From Ruminococcus sp. CAG:254 (GTDB lineage: Bacteria; Bacillota; Clostridia; Oscillospirales; Ruminococcaceae): a stretch of 5,570 nucleotides of DNA. Positions within the stretch are counted from its first letter, which is position 1, and each line of letters opens with the position of its first letter. The stretch is taken from contig HF997857.1 of NCBI GenBank assembly GCA_000433635.1, forward strand, positions 1 through 5,570. Direction: 5' to 3'. Both the position numbers and the translations under genes were made by a program. This document shows positions 1 to 4,856 of the stretch, one piece after another. Below the pieces are notes generated by a model. The model was given only the letters and a program-made list of their open reading frames with translations, did no database searches and had not been told where the DNA came from.

Positions 1-370
1 TAATCAAAAGGAGGTCATCACAAAGTGAATGACATATATAGTTTATCACATTCGAAGTGAATTTGCAAGTACCACATTGTATTTGCCCCAAAATATCGTA
101 GAAAGGTGTTCTACGAAACAAAGCTAAATCTTAAGACAATTGTGTAATTGGAACACTAGCTTTCCATCATTCTCATGGAAACAAACATCCGGGACATTGT
201 ACAGTGTATCTTTATCAGGACTGGTATTGTAATACCTGCAAACAGTCGGGAACAACCTGCACAACGACATTGGTATGGTGTACCAGTCCAAACATCATAG
301 ACGATGTGGAGCAGCCAGCAGAAACGGTATAAAAGTCTAACAATACTGTATTTTATAATCAAGCACACCC
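1..370 (+). mobile_element. Remnant of an IS200/IS605-family insertion sequence. The left end lies upstream of the window. The right boundary is uncertain, roughly 350-440.
   Basis: An SD (AAAGGAGG, 7-14) and GTG (25) lead into a clear TnpA N-terminus. Downstream there are only weak, frame-hopping resemblances to TnpA: QLCNWNTS at 137-160, HHSH (possible HUH relic) at 165-176, and VWC...IDDVE at ~283-318. No intact ORF exists on the + strand. Confidence 0.5.
25..147 (+). pseudogene. tnpA: IS200/IS605 family Y1 (HUH) transposase TnpA, inactivated N-terminal fragment
   Basis: Translation is VNDIYSLSHSK*ICKYHIVFAPKYRRKVFYETKLNLKTIV*. The stretch CKYHIVFAPKYRRKVFY matches the hallmark N-terminal motif of IS200 TnpA (..SLAH(T/S)KWxCKYHIVFxPKYRR..). 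The conserved Trp codon is replaced by in-frame TGA (58-60). Further stops occur at 145-147 and 157-159, and continuing requires frameshifts and deletions. Confidence 0.8.
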
Positions 371-407
371 CTATAAGAAGATGAAGAAAAAGGATTCTGA
401 AAAACAG

Positions 408-439
408 CCCGGACAGAGGTTCTGTCTGGGTTTATTTTT
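408..439 (+). terminator. Rho-independent terminator with bidirectional potential, or possibly the IS subterminal hairpin
   Basis: The stem is cccggacag (408-416) / ctgtctggg (422-430), 9 bp including one G-U, with loop aggtt. It is followed by tttattttt (431-439). It is preceded by gaaaaac (399-405), which gives CUGUUUUUC after the hairpin on the minus strand. Confidence 0.65.
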
Positions 440-491
440 GAGCAAAAATATCAGCAGTTTTATCATTTTTGAACAATTGGAATGGTACAAT
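438..491 (+). promoter_or_regulatory. Candidate promoter(s) for the small-peptide transcript
   Basis: Option 1 is TTGAGC (438-443), a 17-nt spacer, then TATCAT (461-466). Option 2 is an extended -10, TGgTACAAT (483-491), without a good -35. Either gives a 5' UTR of about 50-75 nt before the ORF at 546. Confidence 0.35.
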
Positions 492-545
492 GCACTTGTA
501 AGAAAACAGAAAGCCGGTCGTTTTTTTAAGAAAGAGGTGTGTTGT

Positions 546-641
546 ATGGGCGGCTTGTTCGGATTGATTTTGCTATGTGTGCTTGTTGGCGGTGGAATCA
601 AACTTGGAACAGACATCATTCTCAACCTGTTCCTGAAGTAA
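546..641 (+). CDS. Small hydrophobic peptide, 31 aa (MGGLFGLILLCVLVGGGIKLGTDIILNLFLK). Candidate type I toxin, membrane-active peptide or small membrane protein.
   Basis: A strong SD, AAGAGGTG (532-539), sits 6 nt before ATG 546, and the stop is TAA 639-641. A dedicated strong terminator lies 30 nt downstream, and a terminator plus promoter-like elements lie upstream. The peptide has a hydrophobic helix (L4-V14), a GGG hinge and an amphipathic tail. The 86-aa ORF (381-641) in the track runs through the 408-439 terminator, so the internal ATG is preferred. Confidence 0.45.
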   Translation: MGGLFGLILLCVLVGGGIKLGTDIILNLFLK

Positions 642-671
642 GTAGCATCTGCTGACAGAAGAACCGAATCG

Positions 672-708
672 GGTGCAGCGAATCCAATCGCTGTACCTGA
701 TTTTTTTT
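672..708 (+). terminator. Rho-independent terminator of the small-peptide transcript
   Basis: A 10-bp stem, ggtgcagcga (672-681) / tcgctgtacc (688-697) with one G-U, has loop atccaa. It is followed by tga and T8 (701-708). Confidence 0.8.
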
Positions 709-740
709 GTAATTTTCCGATTTTTTTTTTGCAAATGGAA

Positions 741-769
741 TTGCAAACGGTGCAGATTTGTGCTATAAT
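741..769 (+). promoter_or_regulatory. SigA-type promoter of ilvE with extended -10
   Basis: TTGCAA (741-746), a 17-nt spacer, then TGcTATAAT (761-769, with -10 at 764-769). A T10 tract (721-730) upstream could act as an UP element. The predicted TSS is near 776. Confidence 0.75.
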
Positions 770-781
770 AGGGTTAAATAG

Positions 782-813
782 CAGAAAGCAGCAGTTTTTC
801 CTCCTGTTTTCTG
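782..813 (+). promoter_or_regulatory. 5'-proximal stem-loop in the ilvE leader
   Basis: The arms are cagaaagcagcag (782-794) and ctcctgttttctg (801-813), with loop tttttc. Of 13 stem positions, 11 are Watson-Crick, one is G-U and one is a C-C mismatch. No U-tract follows, so it is not a terminator. The 3' arm contains CUCCU, which is complementary to the downstream SD. Confidence 0.4.
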
Positions 814-843
814 TTACCATCATGAAAAAAGAGGGATTGTATC

Positions 844-1917
844 ATGGAAATCAAGAAAAAGTTAGCGGCAACCTTAAAGGAAAAGCCGCAGGATGAAAGC
901 AAGCTGGGCTTTGGTCATATCTTTACCGACCATATGCTGATTATGCCGTATGATGAAGGTCAGGGCTGGCACGACCCGGAAATTGTTCCGTATGATAACA
1001 TCAGCCTGAGTCCGGCAGCAATGTGCTTCCATTATGGTCAGACTGTATTTGAAGGCTTGAAGGCTTATCGGACTGCCGATGATAAAATTCAGCTGTTCCG
1101 TCCGGAAGAAAACTTTAAGCGTCTGAACCGTTCCAATGAACGTCTGGTTATTCCGGAATTGCCGGTAGAACTGGGCATGCAGTGTCTGATGGAACTGCTG
1201 GAAGTGGAAAAGGATTGGGTACCGCATCTGGAAGGTACTTCCCTGTATATTCGTCCGTTTATCATTGCAATTGACCCGTTCTTGGGCGTTCGTCCGGGTG
1301 CACAGTATCTGTTTATGATTATTCTTTCTCCGTCTGGTGCATACTATGCATCGGGTCTGAATCCGGTCAACATCTATGTAGAAGACAAGTATGTTCGTAC
1401 CGTTCGTGGCTGCATGGGTTATGCAAAGACTGGCGGTAACTATGCTGCTTCTCTGCACAGCCAGGATGATGCTCATAAGCAGAACTATTCTCAGGTTCTG
1501 TGGCTGGATGGCGTAGAACAGAAGTACATCGAAGAAGTTGGTGCAATGAACATCTTCTTTGTAATTGATGGCGAAATCGTCACACCGTCTTTGGAAACAG
1601 GTTCGATTCTGGCTGGTATCACCAGAAAGTCTACCATTGAACTGTGCAAGAGTTGGGGTCTGCCGGTATCCGAACGCCGGATTACCATTCAGGAAATTGC
1701 AGATGCTTATGATGCAGGCAAGCTGGACGAAGTCTTTGGTACAGGTACTGCAGCCGTTATTTCTCCGGTTGGTCATCTGAAGTGGGATGATAAGGTTATG
1801 GAAATCAACAACAATAAGATTGGTAAGATTTCTCAGAGAATTTACGACACCCTGACTGGTATTCAGTGGGGCAAGTTGCCGGATCCGTTTAACTGGGTTG
1901 TACCGCTCGAAAAGTAA
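844..1917 (+). CDS. ilvE: Branched-chain amino acid aminotransferase (PLP fold type IV)
   Basis: A 357-aa ORF with SD GAGGG (831-835) 8 nt before the ATG. Family motifs are present: FTDHM, FEGLKAYR, YIRP, the YAKTGGNYAASL lysine region, EEVGAMNIFF, GITR and FGTGTAAV. Its own promoter lies upstream and a terminator downstream. Confidence 0.95.
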   Translation: MEIKKKLAATLKEKPQDESKLGFGHIFTDHMLIMPYDEGQGWHDPEIVPYDNISLSPAAMCFHYGQTVFEGLKAYRTADDKIQLFRPEENFKRLNRSNERLVIPELPVELGMQCLMELLEVEKDWVPHLEGTSLYIRPFIIAIDPFLGVRPGAQYLFMIILSPSGAYYASGLNPVNIYVEDKYVRTVRGCMGYAKTGGNYAASLHSQDDAHKQNYSQVLWLDGVEQKYIEEVGAMNIFFVIDGEIVTPSLETGSILAGITRKSTIELCKSWGLPVSERRITIQEIADAYDAGKLDEVFGTGTAAVISPVGHLKWDDKVMEINNNKIGKISQRIYDTLTGIQWGKLPDPFNWVVPLEK

Positions 1918-1943
1918 GCGAGATTTTTTAGGATTACAAGTTG

Positions 1944-1977
1944 AAAAAGGGGCTTTCTGGATAGAAAGCCTCTTTTT
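1944..1977 (+). terminator. Rho-independent terminator of ilvE
   Basis: The core stem is ggctttct (1951-1958) / agaaagcc (1963-1970) with loop ggat. It is extendable via the flanking aaaaagg / tcttttt, and a U-tract lies at 1973-1977. Confidence 0.8.
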
Positions 1978-2014
1978 GTATCATGTTCTATTTGGAGCGA
2001 TGATTGCAATTAAA

Positions 2015-2065
2015 ATTGTGGAATGTTCTTGTCAAATACAAAAGTTTCCACAGTTCATTGTGGAA
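2015..2065. repeat. ATTGTGGAA direct repeat plus an inverted copy (possible operator) upstream of the Cys-cluster gene
   Basis: attgtggaa occurs at 2015-2023 and again at 2057-2065, 42 bp apart. ttccaca at 2046-2052 is the inverted copy, giving TTCCACA-N6-TGTGGAA (2046-2065). Confidence 0.3.
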
Positions 2066-2087
2066 ATGGCGAAAGGAATTGGATGCA

Positions 2088-2573
2088 ATGTTGAAAAAGA
2101 TTTTATCCCGAACGACCTGTGCAGCGTGTCAATTGTGCTGTCAGTTTGATGCAAGTGACATCTGGGAATTGCCTGTGTTGCCAGCGGAAACGGTGGCAGC
2201 GATTCGGAAATACCGCCCAGAAACAGCGTTTGTTCCCGTTGGGGCAGAACAAACCTTTGCTGCACCGCCGCTCAAAGGCGAGGAATTATATGCCTGTCCA
2301 GTGCTGACCGAGCACGGCTGTGGCTTATCGGAGCAGGACAAGCCATTTGATTGTAAAGTTTGGCCGTTTCGGCTGATGCGAACAGCGAACGGAACGGTTT
2401 GCATTTCTATTTCAGACTTGTGTACAGGCGTGCAGCTGCATGAAGTAGAGCAGTTGCAAGCATTCCTGCGGGAGGGGCTGGCAGAAACCATGTTTGCCTA
2501 CGCAAAAGCCCATCCAGACCATATTCACGCATGGCACGATGGTTATCGGGTGATTTTGACAGAGCCCAAATAA
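2088..2573 (+). CDS. YkgJ-family cysteine-cluster protein (CxxCxxCC putative Zn/Fe-chelating domain, UPF0153/PF03692-like), function unknown
   Basis: The N-terminal motif is C-A-A-C-Q-L-C-C. A second cluster, YACPVL..HGCGL..KPFDCKVWPF, matches the family pattern CPFL..C.IY..RP..C..FP. I prefer ATG 2088 (MLKKILSRTTCAAC..., 161 aa, weak SD AAGGA at 2073-2077). The track ORF begins at TTG 2004 and would read through the repeat region. Confidence 0.75.
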   Translation: MLKKILSRTTCAACQLCCQFDASDIWELPVLPAETVAAIRKYRPETAFVPVGAEQTFAAPPLKGEELYACPVLTEHGCGLSEQDKPFDCKVWPFRLMRTANGTVCISISDLCTGVQLHEVEQLQAFLREGLAETMFAYAKAHPDHIHAWHDGYRVILTEPK

Positions 2574-2580
2574 ACAGAAA

Positions 2581-2626
2581 AACCGCTGATGCAGGTTTTT
2601 TTCGCTTGCATCAGCGGTTCTTTTTG
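2581..2626. terminator. Bidirectional rho-independent terminator shared by the convergent Cys-cluster gene and metG
   Basis: A 15-bp stem, aaccgctgatgcagg (2581-2595) / cttgcatcagcggtt (2605-2619) with one G-U, has loop tttttttcg. It is followed by cttttt on the + strand. The preceding cagaaaa reads UUUUCUG after the hairpin on the - strand. It lies 8 nt after the + stop and 35 nt after the metG stop. Confidence 0.85.
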
Positions 2627-2654
2627 TATTTTTATGAAAATTGCAATGTGGAAG

Positions 2655-4604
2655 TTATCGAATCTTTGCACCGCAAGGCAGGCTCTGATCCGGGAAGACA
2701 ACACTTGCACTGCCATCCGGAGCATCTGCCGCACAAATCATACCATTGCTCTCTACGCCGCAGAGTTTTGCCGGCTTGAGGTTTGCAACCAGAATGATTT
2801 TCTTTCCAATGAGGTCTTCCGGCTTGTACCACTGTGCAATACCAGAAACAACTTGTCTGCCGCCCATGCCGTCATCCAGCTGCAATTTCAACAGCTTTTT
2901 CGACTTTTTCACCTTTTCGCATTCCACGACCTTTGCAATCCGCAAATCAACCTTTGCGAAATCGTCAATGGTGATTTCCGGAGCGAGTTCTGCAACTGGA
3001 GCAGCTTCTTCTTCTGCTGGCTGCTGCGGTTCGTTGTTCTTGATGATGGCGTTCAGTTCTTCGATTTCCTTTTCTACATCAATTCTCGGGAAGAGAATTT
3101 CGCCCTTGTGTACCGTGACATTCTTCGGGAGAACATCAAACGATGCAGCGTTTTCATAAGTGCGTTCTGCTTCGCCTGCACCAATCTGTTCCCAAACCTT
3201 CGGCATTGTGGTCGGCATAAAGGCAGAGAGCAATGTCGAGATAATCCGAATGGTGTCGAGCAGGTTGTACAGAACGGTTGCCAGACGAGCCTTCTTGCTT
3301 TCGTCCTTTGCCAGAACCCAAGGTGCAGTTTCGTCGATATACTTATTTGCACGGGAAACGACCTTGAAGATTTCAGCCAAAGCATGGTTCAGCTGTGTCT
3401 GATCCATAAAGCCGTCTACCTTTTCCCGCAGAGCGGTTGCTGTTGCAATCAAATCATCATCAAATTCGCCAGCTTCTCGGTCTTCCGGCAGTGTACCATT
3501 GAAATACTTGTCCACCATGGCAACCGTACGGGAAACCAAGTTGCCCAGACCGTTTGCAAGGTCGGAATTGATTCTGGTAATCAGAACCTCGTTGGAGAAG
3601 GAGCTGTCAGAACCCAGAGCCATTTCCCGGAGGATGTGATACCGGATGGCATCTGCACCATAGCGTTCGCCCAGTACAAACGGGTCTACCACATTGCCCA
3701 GTGATTTACTCATCTTCTGACCATTGAACGTAATCCAGCCATGAACTGCCAGATGCTTTGGCAACGGCAAATCCAGAGCCATTAAGATCGCAGGCCAAAT
3801 GATTGCATGGAATCGCATAATATCCTTTGCAACCATATGCACATCTGCCGGCCAGTAGCGGTCGTAGTCATGGTAAGCATCATTATAGAAGCCCAGTGCA
3901 GAGATATAGTTTGACAGAGCGTCAACCCAAACATAGACAATGTGCTTCGGGTCGAAGGTAACCGGAATGCCCCAAGTGAAAGAGGTTCTGGAAACGCAGA
4001 GGTCTTCCAGACCCGGCTTGATGAAGTTGTTGACGAGTTCGGTTGCTCTGGTTTTCGGCTGTAAGTAGTCGGTTTCGGTCAACAGGTGGGTGATACGTTC
4101 AGCGAACGGGGACATCTTGAAGAAATATGCCTCTTCTTCTGCCTCAATGACTGGTCTGCCGCATTCCGGACACTTGCCGTCTACCAGCTGGGATTCTGTC
4201 CAGAAGCTTTCGCATGGTGTACAGTATTTTCCCTGATACTTGCCCTTGTAGATATAGCCCTTGTCGTACAGTTCCTTGAAGATTTTCTGTACGGTTTCAA
4301 CGTGATAATCATCCGTTGTCCGGATATAGCGGTCATAACTGATGTTCATATACGACCAAAGGCTCTTGAATGTTTTTACGATTTCGTCTACATATTCCTT
4401 TGGGGTAACGCCTTTTTCAGCGGCTTTCTGTTCGATTTTCAAACCGTGTTCATCGGTACCGGTGAGGAACATGACATCATAGCCCTGCATCCGGCGGTAA
4501 CGAGCGATGGAGTCGCAAGCAACCGTTGTATAGCAATGTCCGATATGCGGATTGCCGGACGGGTAATAAATCGGGGTTGTGATGTAATATGGTTTTGCTG
4601 CCAA
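2655..4604 (-). CDS. metG: Methionine--tRNA ligase (class I) with a C-terminal Trbp111/EMAPII-like tRNA-binding domain
   Basis: A 649-aa ORF carrying HIGH (GNPHIGH), KMSKS (GQKMSKSLGN) and a zinc knuckle (CTPCESF...CPECGRP). The C-terminus reads DFAKVDLRIAKVVECEKVKKSKKLLKLQLDDG...VANLKPAKLCGVESNGM. The start is TTG (4604-4602), with SD AGGAGGG (the complement of 4612-4618) 7 nt upstream. Confidence 0.97.
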   Translation of the reverse strand: MAAKPYYITTPIYYPSGNPHIGHCYTTVACDSIARYRRMQGYDVMFLTGTDEHGLKIEQKAAEKGVTPKEYVDEIVKTFKSLWSYMNISYDRYIRTTDDYHVETVQKIFKELYDKGYIYKGKYQGKYCTPCESFWTESQLVDGKCPECGRPVIEAEEEAYFFKMSPFAERITHLLTETDYLQPKTRATELVNNFIKPGLEDLCVSRTSFTWGIPVTFDPKHIVYVWVDALSNYISALGFYNDAYHDYDRYWPADVHMVAKDIMRFHAIIWPAILMALDLPLPKHLAVHGWITFNGQKMSKSLGNVVDPFVLGERYGADAIRYHILREMALGSDSSFSNEVLITRINSDLANGLGNLVSRTVAMVDKYFNGTLPEDREAGEFDDDLIATATALREKVDGFMDQTQLNHALAEIFKVVSRANKYIDETAPWVLAKDESKKARLATVLYNLLDTIRIISTLLSAFMPTTMPKVWEQIGAGEAERTYENAASFDVLPKNVTVHKGEILFPRIDVEKEIEELNAIIKNNEPQQPAEEEAAPVAELAPEITIDDFAKVDLRIAKVVECEKVKKSKKLLKLQLDDGMGGRQVVSGIAQWYKPEDLIGKKIILVANLKPAKLCGVESNGMICAADAPDGSASVVFPDQSLPCGAKIR

Positions 4605-4630
4605 TGGAAATCCCTCCTAATTTGCTGATT

Positions 4631-4649
4631 GCAGCCGAGATGGGGCTGC
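4631..4649 (-). promoter_or_regulatory. 5'-proximal GC-rich hairpin in the short metG leader
   Basis: The minus-strand RNA is GCAGCC-CCAUCUC-GGCUGC, a 6-bp stem starting a few nt after the predicted TSS (~4653). No U-tract follows. It could act as an mRNA stabiliser. Confidence 0.35.
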
Positions 4650-4659
4650 GATTCTCTTT

Positions 4660-4688
4660 ATTATAGCATATTTTCGGTAGAATTACAA
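4660..4688 (-). promoter_or_regulatory. SigA-type promoter of metG with extended -10
   Basis: The minus strand reads TTGTAA (4688-4683), a 17-nt spacer, then TGcTATAAT (-10 = 4665-4660). This is the same TGCTATAAT element as at ilvE. The leader to the TTG start is about 50 nt. Confidence 0.7.
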
Positions 4689-4727
4689 GAGAAAAATTGC
4701 GAACAAGAAATGCAAGTGCTGCTAACT

Positions 4728-4769
4728 ATAAAAAAAACCGCTGTCACGACATCACCGTGCAGCGGTTTT
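4728..4769 (-). terminator. Rho-independent terminator of deoD
   Basis: The minus-strand RNA is CCGCUGCACG-GUGAUGU-CGUG(A)CAGCGG, with a one-nt bulge, followed by a run of 8 or more U (+ strand A-run 4730-4737). Confidence 0.85.
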
Positions 4770-4856
4770 CACACTTTGGGGAAGTGCTGGAAGTTCATTC
4801 CAGCTTCTAGTATAGCAGAATATGCTTAAAGAATTCTGAAAAAAGAGAAAACTTTC

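Noticed and set aside
58-60. The in-frame TGA at the conserved Trp position of tnpA as evidence for an alternative genetic code (TGA=Trp/Gly) or selenocysteine recoding
   Set aside because: ilvE, metG, deoD and the Cys-cluster gene are all full-length in the standard code, use TGG for Trp and have no internal TGA. The tnpA frame also has TAA/TAG stops and frameshifts shortly after. A pseudogene is the simple explanation.
23-62. AAGTGAAT repeated at 23-30 and 55-62
   Set aside because: This is an 8-mer seen twice within the tnpA 5' end. It is consistent with chance, and no structural or positional logic is evident.
371-823. A 150-aa minus-strand ORF, the 86-aa + ORF (381-641) and the 70-aa minus ORF (156-368)
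   Set aside because: The 150-aa ORF spans two terminators and the ilvE promoter, and its translation is poly-K/F junk from A/T runs. The 86-aa ORF reads straight through the 408-439 terminator hairpin, and only its last 31 codons have an SD. The 70-aa ORF lies antisense to the tnpA relic and has no signals.
640-843. A T-box, riboswitch or attenuator upstream of ilvE, and likewise upstream of metG at 4605-4730
   Set aside because: The leaders are only about 68 and 50 nt after well-defined promoters. I found no T-box consensus (GGGTGGTACCGCG-like) or specifier/antiterminator architecture. The hairpin at 672-708 is upstream of the ilvE promoter and terminates the small-peptide transcript.
1600-1609. 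A GGTTCGATTC T-loop-like motif suggesting a tRNA
   Set aside because: It lies in frame inside ilvE (..TGSILAG..). There are no flanking acceptor, D or anticodon stems.
874-1776. A 300-aa ORF on the - strand, with smaller ones at 1491-1688 (-) and 1565-1780 (+)
   Set aside because: They are antisense to, or out of frame within, ilvE. They have no motifs or translation signals, so they are shadow ORFs.
2578-2620. Shared AAAAACCGCTG...CAGCGGTT stems between the terminator at 2581-2619 and the deoD terminator at 4734-4769, as a possible repeat family (REP-like)
   Set aside because: The identity is only ~11 nt, half of it the functional A-run, and its palindromic mirror. Loops and inner stems differ. 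An 11-mer match is expected by chance a few times in a window this size.
2589-3704. A 371-aa ORF on the + strand, with further + strand ORFs at 2746-3159, 3160-3402 and 4086-4628
   Set aside because: All lie entirely antisense to the strongly supported metG CDS. The translations are Cys/Phe-rich and low in complexity, with no recognisable motifs, no SD and no promoter. The 5' end of the 371-aa ORF overlaps the bidirectional terminator. This is a typical shadow ORF opposite a biased-codon gene.
4629-4829. A 66-aa + strand ORF between metG and deoD
   Set aside because: It spans the metG promoter on the opposite strand and the deoD terminator hairpin. It has no SD, and the region is fully explained by regulatory elements.
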